This document shows positions 12,572-25,596 of a stretch of DNA of 64,000 bases, piece after piece. The notes beneath the pieces are model-generated. The model did no database searches. It saw only the letters and a list, made by a program, of their open reading frames with translations, and was not told the origin of the DNA. The stretch's first letter is position 1. Each line of letters starts with the position of its first letter. The position numbers and the translations under genes were made by a program. Source of the stretch: Chiloscyllium plagiosum. Lineage: Eukaryota. Location of the stretch: the NCBI RefSeq assembly GCF_004010195.1, contig NC_057752.1, forward strand, positions 12,774,381 through 12,838,380, in the 5' to 3' direction.

Positions 12572-14350
12572 AGCTGGAATATTGTGAACAGTTTTGGGCC
12601 CTTCAGGTAAGGAAATATAGACAATGTGGATCCTATAGAAGTAAGTCCAATATATCAGGACTTGCAGAAGGTATTTGATAAAGTGCCACACCAAAGGTTA
12701 ATAGATAAAATCTGATCACAGGGGCCTTAGGGGTAATTTAGTAGCTTGGAGAGAGGATTGGATAACAAACAGAAAGCAGAGAGTCAGGATAAGTAAGTCT
12801 TTTTCTGGTTGGCAATGTGTAACTCGTGAGGTGCCACAAAGTTTGGTTCTCAGGCCCCAACTATTTACAATCTTTACAAAAGGCTTGGATGCAGGAATAG
12901 AAAGTACTATCGACAAATTTACAGATGACACTAAAATGGCTGGGAAAGGAAGTTGCAATGAAGAAATAAGACATTTACAAACAGATATGGATAAATTAGG
13001 TGAATAGGCCAAAATTTGGCAGAGGATGTTTAACAAATGTGAGGTTATCCATTTTGGTCAGAGGAACAGAAAGGCAACTTGTTATCTAAATGGAAAGAAC
13101 CTTCATCTTGCTTTGGTGCAGAGGAGATCTGGGTGTCCTTGTGCATGAATCACTGAAAGCTAGCTTGCAAATACAGCAGGTAATAAGGAAGGCACGTGGA
13201 ATTTTGGCATTTATTGCTAAAGGAATGAAGTATAAAATTAGGGAAATGTTGCTGCAACTGTGCAAGGCAATAGCGAGAGCCCATTTGGAGTACGGCATAT
13301 AATTTTGGTCCTCTTACTTAAGGGGGCATGTCGTTGTATTGGATACAGCTCAGGGAAGGGTCACTGCATTGATTCCAGAGATGAGGGGCATGCCTTATAA
13401 AGTGAGCTTGAATAGTTTAGCCGATACTCTTTAGAGTTTAAAAGAATGAGAGGAGATCTAACTGAAGTATATAAGATACTAAAAGAGATTGACAACGTAG
13501 ACGTAGAGAGGATATTTCCTCATGTGGGGAGTCCACAACAAGAGGTCACAGTTTTAGGATAAGAGGTAGCAGATTCAAAACAGAGCTGAGGAGGAATTAC
13601 CCCTCAGAAAGTGCCATGAATCTTTGGAATTCACTCTCCCAAAGTGCGGTGGATACTGAGGCACAGTAACTTTAAGGAGGAGGAAGACAGATTTTTAATG
13701 AGTCATGGGTTAGAAGGTGATGGAGAACAGGCAGGAAAATAGAGTTGAGGCCGTGATGGGATCGGCCATGATCATATTAAATGGTGGAGCAGGCTCCAGG
13801 GCCTGAAAGGCCTATTCCTGCTCATACTTCTAATGTTCTTATGAAAGACAAACTGACATTGGAGGCAGACCAGAGAAGGTTCACTTGGCTGATCCCGGGT
13901 ATGGAGGGACTCTCCCATGAGGAGAGGTTGAGGAGGTTGGGGTTTAGAAGAATGAGAGATGACCTTATTGAAACATCCACAATTCCCTGGGGGACTTGAC
14001 AGGGGGGATGTGGAGAGGTTGTTTCCCCTTGTGGGAGAGAGTCCAGGACCAGAGGGTGTAATCTCAGAATAGGGGATTGCCCATTGCAGACAGAGATGAG
14101 GAGGAATTTCTTCTCTCAGAGGGGAGTGAATCTGTGGAATTCTTTCCCACAGAGGGCTGTCGAGGCTGTGTCATTAAATGTATTTGAGGTGGAGATAGAC
14201 AGATTTTTAATCAGGAAGGGAATCGAGGGGTGATAGGGAAAAGGCAGGAAAGTGGAGTTGAGGATGATCAGATCAGCCATGACATCATTGAATGGCAGAG
14301 TTGCCTCGATGGGCTGAATGGCCTCCTGCTGCTCCTATGTCTTATGGCAT
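12572..14350 (+). mobile_element. Two adjacent decayed CR1 LINE 3' portions
   Basis: FDKVPH, KFTDDTK and HLEY motifs with stops; two separate 3' tails (~13830 and ~14345). Confidence 0.9.
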
Positions 14351-14880
14351 TCTGGGAAATAGTCAGCACTGTAAATAAACTTCAGATATCTGTCTCAGGT
14401 AGAATCTGGTTATCTGTACAGACTAACCATAGAAATCACAAACAAAGTCACTTTGGGTATCAGGGTCACCTTTCCCTGGAAGATAACAGCTCCCTTCCTT
14501 CCTTTCCTGCACATAATTACCCCTCGACCCATCTCATCCCCTCTGCCTAAGATGACAAAACCACACCTGTCCGATGGCCCTGACTAACCTATGCCCATTG
14601 CGCTTCCTTCTTGAGTTTGCCCACTATCCTGGCTTTGCCCAATAGCCTGATAGTCTCAAACTGGATTGGCTCAGACTGTTTGAGCTGCCAACCCGGCTAA
14701 AACTGGCCAACAGCTCTGGAGGGTGAGGTGCCCTGCCACTGAGGATGCACGATCCATTCTACATTCATTGAGTCAGACAGATGTACAGCACGGAAACAGA
14801 CCCTTTAGTCCAATTTACCAGATATCCTAGATTAATCTAGTCCCGTAGCTGCCTGCGGTGCATTATGGCTGTGTGGCAGG

Positions 14881-15182
14881 TTTAGATTAGATTCCCTACA
14901 GTATGGGGACAGGCTTTTTGGCCCAACAAGTCCACACCGACCCTCCCAGACCCATTCCCCAACCCTATATTTACCCCTGACTATGGGCAGTTTAGCATGG
15001 CCAATTCACCTGACCTGCACATCTTTGGACTGTGGGAGGAAACCAGAGCACCCGGAGGAAACCCAAGCAGACACGGGGAGAATGTGCAAAGTCCGCACAG
15101 TCAGTCTCCCGAGGCTGGAATTGAACCTGGGTCCCTGGCGCTGTGAGGCAGCAGTGCTAACTACTGAGCCACCGTGCCACCC
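14881..15182 (-). mobile_element. HE1/V-SINE-type SINE
   Basis: Reverse-complement match to 10351-10663. Confidence 0.9.
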
Positions 15183-15469
15183 ATAGTGGTTGGTTGTATA
15201 CTTATCTCCACCTGGTCTACTACAACTCAGCCATTCCAGGTATGAGCAATTCCTAGATTCCTACAGCCCTTTGTTTGTAAACCATTCTTGAATGGAATTG
15301 CTCTTCAATGTTATGGTTATGTCCCCTTGTTCTGGACTCCCTCACCAGAGGAAGTACATTTTTCATATCCATCGAAGCCAACTATCTCAACTGATGGAAA
15401 TACACATCTATTTGTGGCAACCTTCTGTTCAGGCAAGTGAACGACATTTTGGGAATGACTGGCACATTC

Positions 15470-16803
15470 TTGTTCAGATATACATGCATTTGGAAAGACA
15501 AAGTTTGATTAGGAGCAGTCAGCATGGCTTTATGCATGGGAGATCATGCCTCACAAGTTTGTTAGAGTTCTTTGATGAAGTGACCAGGAAGGTTGATGAG
15601 GGCAGGGCGGTAGATATAGTCTATATGGATTTCAGTAAGGCCTTTGATAAGGTTCCACATGGTAGGCTGCTCTGGAAGGTTAGATCGCATGGAATCCAGG
15701 GAGAGGTGGCAAACTGGATACACAATACTCTTGATGGTAGGAAGCAGAGGTTAATAGTGGAAGGATGCTTGTTGGACTGGAGGCCTGTGACTAGCGGAGT
15801 GCCTCAGGGGTCGGTGCTGGGCCCATTTCTGTTTGTTATCTATAACAATGATTTGGATGAGTAGGTACAAGGCATGATTAGTAAGTTTGCAGATGACACT
15901 AAAATAGGCAGTATTGTAGATAGCAAGGAAAGTTATCAGAAAATGTAGCAGGACCTTGATCAGCTGGGGAAGTGGGCCAAGAAATGGCAAATGGAGTTTA
16001 ATATAGATAAGTCTGAGGTCTTGCATTTTGGAAAGTCAAATCAAGATAGGAGTTTAGTGGTCAACGGCAGGGCCTGAATGAGTGTAGAGGAACAGAGGGA
16101 CCTTATTGTTCAGGTGCATGGTTCTCTGAAAGTGGAGTCACAGGTAGACAGGGCAGTGAAGAAGGCTTTTGGCACACTGGCCTTCATCAGTCAGGGTACT
16201 AAATTGCCCATAGTGGGAAATTACGTTGCAGTCGTACAGGATGTTGGTGAGGCCGCACTTGGAGTATTGTGTTCAGTTTTGGTCACTTTGTGATAGGAAG
16301 GATGTTATTAAACTGGAAAGAGTACAGAAGAAATTTACAAGGATGTTCCCTGGACTCAAGGGTCTGAGTTATAGGGAGAGGTTGGACAAGCTAGCACCTT
16401 TTTCTTTCGAGCGTACGAGACTGAGGGGGGATCTTATAGAAGTGTATAAGATCATGAGAGGCATGAATAGAGTAAATGTACTCAGTTTTTTTTCCCCAGG
16501 GTTGGGGAATCAAGGACTAAAGGGCATCAGTTTAAGGTTAGAGGGGAAAGAACAAAAGGGAACCTGAGGGGCAACTTTTCGACACAGAGGGTGGTACGCA
16601 TATGTAATGAACTGTCAGCGGAAGTGGTTGAAGCAGGTACATTAACATTTAAAAGGCATTTGGACAAATAATTTGGATCGGAAAGGATTAGAAGGATATG
16701 GGCCAAGTTCAGGGGAATGGGGTTAGTGTGGATGGATATTTTGGTCGGCATGGACCTGTTTGGGTCAAAGGGCTTGTCTCCATGCTGTAGGACTCTTTGA
16801 CTA
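15470..16803 (+). mobile_element. CR1 LINE RT region plus 3' tail
   Basis: [26 protein letters not shown] and [10 protein letters not shown] motifs, with in-frame stops. Confidence 0.95.
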
Positions 16804-16865
16804 TATCAGGAGGGATCATGACCCTGAGGCAGCATTCAAAGACCACCATCTTGTAAATCTAGAGA

Positions 16866-17194
16866 ATCATAAAACCCCAACAGTGCAGAAGGAGGCCATT
16901 TGGCCCATTGAGTCAGCACCAACTGTCAGAAGAGCATCCCACCCAGACCCATTCCATCCCCAGAACCCCACATTTCCCATGGCTAACCCACCGAGCCAAC
17001 ACATCCTTGGATACTATGGGCAATTTCTCACGGCCAATCCACCCTAACCTGCACATCTTTGGACTGTGGGAGGAAACCCACGTAGACACAGGAAGAATGT
17101 ACAAACTTCACACAGTCACCTGAGGCTGGAATTGAGTCCCTGGGTCCCTGGCACTGTGAGGCAGCAGTGCTAACCACTGAGCTGCCATGCCACC
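16866..17194 (-). mobile_element. HE1/V-SINE-type SINE
   Basis: Head, core and tail match 10351-10663 in reverse. Confidence 0.85.
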
Positions 17195-17249
17195 CAGTGT
17201 AAGATTCCTGAAAAGCTGCCCTTCTCAAAGACAATTAGGAATGGATAAT

Positions 17250-17520
17250 ACAGAAACAAAAACAGAAATTGCTGGAAAAGCTCAGCAGGTCTGGCAGCAT
17301 CTGTGGAGAGAAATCAGAGTTAACGTTTCAGGTCCAGTGGCCCTTCCTCAGAACTGATGGTAGCTGGGAAAATGTTGGTTTATATGCAGCAGATAGGGTG
17401 GGGGAAGGGATAAGGAGTAAACAATAGGTGGGGATATAGTCCAAAAAGACAAAAGAACAGGTGGACAGTCAAAGGAGTGCATAACAATCTGGCTGGGAGG
17501 GTGAATAGCTGTTAATGGTT
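17250..17520 (-). mobile_element. Penelope-like 3' terminal repeat with hammerhead at 17313-17358
   Basis: Minus strand AGTT-CTGAGGA-agggccactggacct-GAAAC-GTT-AACT; stem I AGTT/AACT pairs. Confidence 0.8.
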
Positions 17521-17812
17521 AAAAATCACACAACACCAGATTATAGTCCAACAGGTTTAATTGGAAGCACTAGCTTTCAGAGCACCGCTCCTTCATCAGG
17601 AGGTTATGGAGGACACAATTGTAAGACACAGAATTAATAGCAAAAATTTACAGTGTGATGTAACTGAAATTATACATTGAAAAATACCTTGATTGTTTGT
17701 TGAGTCTTTCATCTGTTCGAATATCATGATAGTTTCACTTCTTTCATGTGTAAATCACAAAACTTTTCTTTTAAAAGTTACATTCTCAGTTTAACTGTAA
17801 CAATTGGTGTTA
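17521..17812 (-). mobile_element. Second Penelope-like family terminal repeat with hammerhead at 17565-17603
   Basis: Minus strand CTGATGA-aGGAGC-ggt-GCTCT-GAAAG-CTA; stem III is the palindrome AGCT. Confidence 0.75.
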
Positions 17813-17814
17813 GT

Positions 17815-18560
17815 CGGGCAGAACATGATGTTGAACTCTTTTTCCGTCGACTCCGTGCCCATTTCATAGAAGTCCTAGTGTGGAAACAGGTCATTTGGCC
17901 CAATGGGTACACACCAACCCTCTGAAGAGTAACCCATCCAGACCCATCCCCCTACCCTATCCCTGCATTTCCCATGGCCAATCCACCTAACTTGCACATG
18001 TTCAGACTGTGGGAGGAAACCGGAGCACCCAGGAGAAACCTACACAGACACGGGGAGAACGTGCAAACTCCACACAGTCATCCACACAGTGGGATCGAAC
18101 CTGGGTCCCTGGTGCTGTGAGGCAGCAGTACTAACTACTGAGCCATTGTGTCATTTCTTTGGGCAAGGGTCCTCTTCCCATCCCACAGACCCCTTCGCCT
18201 ACCTCCAACACTCTCCCTCCAGCTGGAGCCCTCTCTCTGACCTTTTACCTGCACTTGGCCTGTTCATTGAGAACTGTTGACGTGACATAGTTCACCTCAA
18301 TGTTCTGCCCATCCCGCCTCACCTAATCCAACCTACCTTCCCGGGAACTGATTGCACTCTGTGCTCTCAGATTCAACCCTGACTTTGTTATTCATCCTGC
18401 TGATAAGGGTGGTGCTGTTGTTGCCTGCTGGACTAAACTCTACATTGCAGAGGCTGAGCATCAGCTCCCAGATACCTCCTCCTATCTCCTGCTGGACCGT
18501 GACCCCACCATGGAACATCAGGCCATTGTGTCTACTCCAGTCACCAACTCCAGCCTTCTG
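17815..18560 (+). mobile_element. Decayed Penelope-like ORF (region N-terminal to RT), interrupted by a SINE at ~17865-18150
   Basis: PADKGGAVV motif at ~18397, then LYIAEAEHQLPDTSSYLLLDRDPT. Confidence 0.75.
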
Positions 18561-20276
18561 GACTCATTATCAAGTTCAATAACGAGGGCTTGAGCTCTCC
18601 CATGTCCTTACACCTACCCCCACACACCAGGCCTTGTTATCACACAGGAGGTAAAAACAATGACTGCAGATGCTGGAAACCAGATTCTGGATCAGTGGTG
18701 CTGGAAGAGCACAGTAATTCAGGCAGCATCCAAGGACTGGCAAAATCGACGTTTCGGGCAATCAGATCACTGTCTCAAATAGTAGCCAGGCATGAAACAG
18801 ATGACTGTAAAAGTAATGAACTTTGATTAAGTCATAATTAATGAATTCATATAATGAATAAGTATATTAGAACGTCTGGATTTTCATTTAATGTCATAAT
18901 GTATAATGACTACGTAAGTTGAAGATCTTGAGGAATTTTAGCCACAGTTAAATGCTGTTTAAATAAAGGTATATTTCTGGAACACTGGTAAGGCACAGTA
19001 TACCATACCCTTGTAGAACACTGGTTGTGGAATATGGGAGCTGTTTAAAAGCAAGTTAAACTGGCTGAGCAAAGAAGTCTTCATACTTCTTAGGTGACAC
19101 TTAGCTCTTCCTTTAAATCATGTGTTTATCAACTGGAAGGTGTAATTAAGAACCAATGACATGTATTTAACAACAGGTAGAATCAATGTCTAAGTCAATT
19201 GACTCTGAGGGCTGTTGCGATATAGTGATGGTGTCCCCACTCTGAGCCAGGAAGTTCAAATGCACTTGCTCGAGAGCAGTGTGATGGCATTTCTGAACAG
19301 GTTGATTGAAAAATATTGAGCCTTACTCTGACATGGCGTGATGGTCATCCAGCGATTAAAAACTGTTTTTCATCTCCACAAATAGTTTGTCTTCAAGACA
19401 GAGTCCTGAGATAGTGGATTCTGACTTACATTTTGAGACAGTATGCAGCTGCTGAAGTCATAAAAGTCATAAGTTGGTTAAGAATACACTTTCTTTCATA
19501 AGCTCCTCAAATATTATTATCCAAAGGGTCCTGTTTTGCCTTTGTTGGTTAAGTCCAATCTGAACAAAAGTCATTTACAAATTACGAGCAAAGTGCAGTT
19601 ACTGAAACTAAATTAGTTGATTATGATAACAAAATCAGTGACATGTGCGCTCCCTCTCCATCATGACTCCTTTCCATCTGTGCCCAGGGGCCAGATTCGG
19701 TATTCAGGGAAGATATTAGACCATGACTAATAAGAGTGCTGTGTGTGAAGGTGCTAGCATTAAAGTGCTGCCCATCCCCTGACTGATGAGCAGCTCTTAG
19801 AGAGGGAGGAATTCTGGCTTTTTGGGGGCCTTGATCATGCTGGTTGCATTTTCAAGGGAAGGTAGATGGGATCTAAGTCAATATGTTTATTAATGGAGTT
19901 CTGGTTCACCAACGCTTCACTAGAGACTCTCACTGATGATTTTACCTCATCATGGTGACAAAATGTCTGAAAACAAACCTTCCAGCTCAGCAAGTTAACT
20001 TACATACTTACAATAAATACATCTTCACACATTTATAATTTCACTATGAATACCAAACAATAGAAATTGTCAGATCTTGTATTTGTGTGGGATGTGAATA
20101 ATGAGAAACTACAGGTGAAAAGATATCCCTGACATTTTATCAAATATGGAATGAAATTAATAACAGGTTTCCCCTTCAGCTTGCAAATGATCACAATAAT
20201 TTTGTATAAACATATAAAACTACCCCTCTGACCATACAATTAATACACTGAGTTATAAGTCATCAAACAAATAAGG

Positions 20277-20399
20277 GCTGAAGAAGGGCTTATGCCCGAA
20301 ACGTCGATTCTCCTGTTCCCTGGATGCTGCCTGACCTGCTGCGCTTCTCCAGCAACACATTTTCAGCTCTGATCGCCAGCATCTGCAGACCTCACTTTC
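20277..20399 (+). mobile_element. Hammerhead mini-element (123 bp)
   Basis: 17-bp TSD tcatcaaacaaataagg (20260-20276 and 20400-20416). Starts gCTGAAGAaGGGCttatGCCCGAAACGTC and ends ctcactttc. Confidence 0.9.
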
Positions 20400-20691
20400 T
20401 CATCAAACAAATAAGGCCTCATTCTATGTCATATTGGATACTGACTCTGTTGGTCAGTTTGATAGAATTGGCTTCAGTGGTCAAAGGTCAAGGAAGATAA
20501 AAGAGAAGTAGAGAGCATTTCAGTGTGGATCCCAAACTAGAAATATTAGCAGTAAGGATGAGACTAGGTTTAGCTATGTTTTGGTAGTTTAACAGTCACT
20601 TCAAGTTTTGGATTCAGCAATTAAGACTTTTATTTTACAAGCTCACACAGGCTGACAGAATTGTTATAGCACAGAAAGGGGCCACTTGGCC

Positions 20692-21228
20692 ATACAAAAA
20701 CTGAAAGAACTGCAGACGTTGGAAATCAGACACAAAAACAGAAAAATTCAGCAGGTCTGGTTGCATCTGTGGAGAGAAATCATAGTTAACATTTTGGGAC
20801 AAGTGACTGTTCTTCAGAACTGACAGCAGCTAGGGAAAAGAATCATAGAATCCCTACAGTGTGGAAACAGGCCCTTCAGGCCCAACAAGTCCACACCAAC
20901 CTTTCAAAGAGTAACCCACCCAGACCCATTCCCCTATCCTATTATCCTCCATTTATCCCTGACTAATGCACTTAACCTACACATCCCAAAACACTATGGG
21001 CAATTTAGTATGGCCAATATATAAATTTGCTCCTTACCCCCCTCCCCCCACCCTATCTTCAGCATATAAACTGACATTTTCCTAGCTACCATCAGTTCTG
21101 AGGAAAGGCCACTGGACCTGAAACGTTAACTCTGATTTCTCTCCACAGGTGCTGCCAGACCTGCTGAGCTTTATCCGCAACTTTTGTTTTTGTTTCTGAT
21201 TTACAGTATCCGTAGCTTGTTTGGTTTT
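20692..21228. mobile_element. Inverted pair of Penelope-like terminal repeats around a SINE tail; intact hammerhead at 21091-21136 (+)
   Basis: 20692-20835 is an approximate reverse complement of 21080-21228. AGTT-CTGAGGA-aAGG-ccactgga-CCT-GAAAC-GTT-AACT. Confidence 0.8.
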
Positions 21229-21504
21229 TGTGGGCAATAAATGCTGGCCTCGTCAGCGATACCCACATCCTCTGAATGAATACAAGCAAGGTGAGTGGAG
21301 GAGAGGAGGCCATTGGCACTTATTCAATGACTGGCGACAGGGTCCTAGATCTAAGCCTAGAGCAAGTGTGCTCTTTGCAAAGCCCAAAGCAGGAGAGCTG
21401 CCTGCAGAAAACTGAATGCTGCTTCGAAGCATCTTGAGAAGGTGCTATACAGGTTAAAGGTAAAGTTGCCATAATCCCAGGGCTGCTCTCTTATTAGAGA
21501 GATT

Positions 21505-22040
21505 GGAGTTTTGGAGAACTGTGTCCAGTTCTGGTTGCCCTGTTATAGGAAGGATATTATTAAACTGGAGACGGTTCAGAGAATATTTCCCAGGATGTTG
21601 CCAGGAATGAAGGGTTTGAGTTATAAGGAGGGGCTGGAGAGGCTGGGACTTCTTTCACTGGAGCATAGGAGGCTGAGGGGTGACCTTATAGAGGCTTATA
21701 AAATCATGAGGAATATAGATAAAGTGAATAGCAAGGGTCTTTTCTCTCGGGTGGGGAATTTCAAGTCTAGGGGTGAGAGGAAAAAGATTTTATAAAAGAC
21801 ATGAGGCGCAATTTTTTTACATGGAGAGTGGTTCATGTGTGGAATGAACTTCCTGAGGAAGGGGTGGATGTGGGGACAGTTACAATGTTTAAAAGACATT
21901 TGGATAAGTACATGAATAGGAAAGGTTTGGAGGGATATGGGCCAGGAGCAGGCAGGTGGGACTAGTTTAGCTTGGGATTAGGGTCGGCACGGACTGGTTG
22001 GACCGAAGGGTCTGTTTCTGTGCTGTATGATTCTATGACT
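21505..22040 (+). mobile_element. CR1 LINE 3' fragment
   Basis: LENCVQFWLPCYRKDIIKLETVQR motif and CR1 tail. Confidence 0.92.
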
Positions 22041-22289
22041 GATGATGGCTCAACCTGAGGTTCACCATGCCTCAGACGAGGGGAGAGGTTGAGAAGGAGA
22101 GTGCTTCCATGGTAACCTCAGCCAGTGTGGGGATTGAACCCTGCATTGCAGCCCCCAAGCTTTGAAGCTAACTGACCTCACTACATTAACTCTATCACGG
22201 TATTTGCCATTGTAGGTTAAGAGCGCTAAGGGGGAAGGCAAGTTGTTTTTGCCACTGGAAAGCTTGCCTTTTGCAGTATCACAACACTG

Positions 22290-22650
22290 CCAAACTTTGG
22301 AAGGCCAATGAAACCCTTTGGAAGCGCAACATGGGCAGTGCTGCCACCAACCTGTGCACAGCAAGATTCCACGAGCAGTATTGTGGCCAATGGCCAAATA
22401 ATCTGCAATGCTTTTGTCAAGAGACAAACATCAGTCAGGACCACCAAGGAGAATATCACCCCCCCACTTCTTTTTTGTAATCGTGGGATCCTTTCGCTGA
22501 GCGACCCGGGTAAGGGGCCATCAGACTAGAGAGAAGGCACTCCTGGCACTAGTTCACTCGACACTGGAGCGACTGCTTCAACTTTGTGCTGAAGACTTTG
22601 GAGTGGGTCTATGACTTTGTGACCTTCTGACTTTGAGGCAGGAGGGCTAC
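22290..22650 (-). mobile_element. Old SINE resembling Deu-domain SINEs (related copies ~30070-30330, 31090-31260, 45620-45890, 46860-47240, 54850-55070)
   Basis: Shared gtgggagcttgctgtgcacaaattggctgc-like motif recurs in these copies. The family name is recalled from memory and not verified. Confidence 0.5.
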
Positions 22651-22849
22651 CTATCGGGCTCTGGCTGACATTCACACACAAAGCCAAAACAGGAGGGAGG
22701 CTGTGAGTGCTCATTTTCTCTGCATGCAACACAAAAGGTGACTTGCAAAAGGAGGCAGTGCAACACACTGGGGGCTTTTTGTGAATGCTCAAATTTGTGA
22801 TATATCTGCCCTCCCATCTTGTACTTTGACAATACAAGCCCCAGGGCTT

Positions 22850-22895
<46 letters not shown>

Positions 22896-22898
22896 ACA
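22850..22898. repeat. Compound (CT)n(CA)n microsatellite
   Basis: Directly visible. Confidence 0.95.
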
Positions 22899-23014
22899 AA
22901 TTATCAGATCAAAACTAAATGTTACTTTCCTTACACAAAGTGCTCTTTTTCGATGCAAAAGGACCATTTGCAGTAAGAATGGAAGACCATAACTGCAGCT
23001 ATGAATGTAGCTAG

Positions 23015-23490
23015 GGGAGACTTAGTGGTATTATCACTAGACTATTAATCCAGAAATTCAACTCATGTTCTGTGGACTCGGGTTCAAATTCCACCATGGC
23101 AGATGGTGGAATTTGAATTCAATAAAAATCTGAAACTAAGAATTCACCGGATTTGAAATCAGGAAAAACATCTAGAACGATTACCATGAATCTACTGTCG
23201 ATTGGAAAAGCCCATCGGGTTCACCAACGTCCATTAGGGAGGGAAACTGCATCCTTACCTGGTCTGGCCTACGTGTGACTCCAGACACAAGGCAGTGTGG
23301 GTGACTCTCAGTTGCCCTCTGAAATGGCTTCGCAAGCCATTCAGTTGTATAAACAGGTATAAAATAGGACGTGGACTTCTGCGGTTCAAGATGGCAGTTC
23401 ACGACCACCTTCTCAAGGGGAAACTATGGTTGGGTGATAAATATTGGCCCAGCCAGCGACTCCCACGACCCACGAGTGAATAATTTAAAA
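23015..23490 (+). mobile_element. tRNA-derived SINE, second family (related copies ~30735-31070 -, 46440-46830 -, 56890-57230 +)
   Basis: tagtggtattatcactagact head and ggttcaaattcc B box. The tail (gggcaataaatgctggcc-like) is shared with the LINE end at ~32815. Confidence 0.75.
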
Positions 23491-23831
23491 GCCAGGCCTG
23501 CTGAGAAAAATAAAGCACAGAATTTATTGTAACTCTTTATTGCCCCTCAGAAGGTCTCAGTTTGCAGCTAAGGAGCAATTCTGAGGTGCAGTAATTGTCA
23601 GGTCACAATCACCACAGATAACATACACATCTTACAAACCAGATTACAAAACGAAATGTGCATTTATTTAGTGCCACTCACATCCTCGGGAGGTCCCAGA
23701 GTGCCTCATTGGTCAACAGGATGCTCAGTGGTGGCTCTGTAGCTAAGCATGTTTGCCCCACTGGATAAAGCAAAGTTCCAAAATCAAGCAGTTAAGATGG
23801 TCCACCAATTGTTGGCTTTCATAAGGAAAGG

Positions 23832-23953
23832 AGAAAGTGAGGACTGCAGATGCTGGAGATCAGAGCTGAAAATGTGTTGCTGGAAAAGCACAGCAGGTCA
23901 GGCAGCATCCAAGGAGCAGGAGAATCGACGTTTCGGGCATGAGCCCTTCTTCA
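23832..23953 (-). mobile_element. Hammerhead mini-element
   Basis: 14-bp TSD ttcataaggaaagg (23818-23831 and 23950-23963). Reverse complement of the 20277-20399 element. Confidence 0.9.
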
Positions 23954-24149
23954 TAAGGAAAGGCACAGCAACATTCCACCCCTTCTTTGAATATTGTTAT
24001 GGAAACATCAGCAGCTCCCGGAATCGTCAAGGGGTGGTAATCATAAGATGGTAGAATTTCAAATTAATTTGAGGGTGAGAAACCCGGGTCTCAGATCAGT
24101 GCCTTCAACTTAAATACGGACAATCACAGATGTATAAAGAAAGTTGTCT

Positions 24150-25560
24150 AAATTGAGCTGGGAACATATATTAAGAGAAAGGTCAGTGGGTGAGGAGTGG
24201 CTGATATTTAAGCAGATATTTCATAATGTTCAGTAAAAATTTATTCTCATCATAAAAAAAGACTGGGTGGTAAAGAAGGTGTATGGCATACTTGCCTTTC
24301 TTGGTCAGGGAATTGAATACAAGAGTCAGAATGGATTGCAATTTTATAAGACTTTAGTTAGGCTGTGTTTAGGGTACTGCATTCAATTCTGGTTGCCTTG
24401 CAGAGGGTGCAGAAGGGGTTTACCAAGATGCTACCTGGATTAGAGGGTATGAGTTCTAAGAAGAGGCTGGAAAAACTTGGGTTGCTTTCTCTTGAGCGGC
24501 AGAGGCTCAGGGGAGCCTTATTAGAAATCTATAAAATTATGAGGTATATAGATAGGGTTGACGGTCAGAGCCTTTTACCCAGAGTTAAAATGTCTAAAAT
24601 AGGGGGCATACATTTAAAGTGAGAGGGTGAAAGTTCACGGGAGATGTCAGGGGCAGATTTTTTTAAAATAGAGAGTGGTAGGAGTCTGGAACGAGCTGCT
24701 ATGGGTGCTGGTGGAGGCAGACACGATAGGGACGTTTAAGAGACTTTTAGATAAGCACATGAACATGTAGGGAATACAGGGATATGGGCCAAGGGCAGGC
24801 AGAGGAGATTAGTTTAATTTGGCATCATGTTCAGCTCAACATTCCTGTGCTGTACCGTTCTATGTTTTATTTTCTATGTACGATGTTCTACTCAGTGAGA
24901 GGGACGAACCACTCACAGTTAACAAAAATGGTCAAAGTGAGTATCCGGTCACAAACAAAAGCACATAAAGTAGTAAAAATTAAAGGCAAGCTGGAGGTTT
25001 GGAATGTTTTGGAAACCAGTCACAAATGAATAAGAAAATGAATAAAAAGCGAGAAAATTGATTGAAGTAAACTGGGAAGAGTTTACAGCGTGAGCTTCTA
25101 AAGCTATGTAAAATGAAAGTTGTTAAAGTAAGTGGAGGATGCGACTGGGGAGTGAATAATGGGATCAAGGAAATGGTAGATAATGTAAACCAATATTTTG
25201 GATCGGTCTTCATGTGGTGCAAACTGCAAACATCCCAGAGATAACAAATAACTGAGATGCTAATGGGAGGAAAGAACTTGTAACAGCCTCTACCGTGAGG
25301 GACAAAGTGTGTGACAAACTAAATGGTCACCAGGATTTGGTGGCCTGCATCCAATGGTTTTAAAGGAAGGGGCGGCAGAGATAGTGGAGACTTTGGTCAA
25401 AATATTCCCAAATCCACATATTTAGATTTTCAGAAGGCATTAGATAAAGGGCCACGTAAAAGGTTTTTACAATATATGGTAATACAATATATTAGTTTGC
25501 ATTGAGGATTGGTTCAAAACAGAAAACAGAGAGTAAAGATCAAAGGGTTTTTTCAAGACA
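24150..25560 (+). mobile_element. Old CR1 ORF2 remnant with a younger CR1 3' end (~24262-24890) nested inside
   Basis: YLDFQKALDK motif at ~25420; LQRVQKGFTKMLPG motif and tail in the nested copy. Confidence 0.8.
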
Positions 25561-25596
25561 TTGCTGGAATATCAGTACAGAGGTGTGATTATGCTG

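Noticed and set aside
19430..19451. 22-nt minus-strand microexon (ttcag|...AAT|gtaagt)
   Set aside because: Splice-like words alone are common by chance, and there is no other support.
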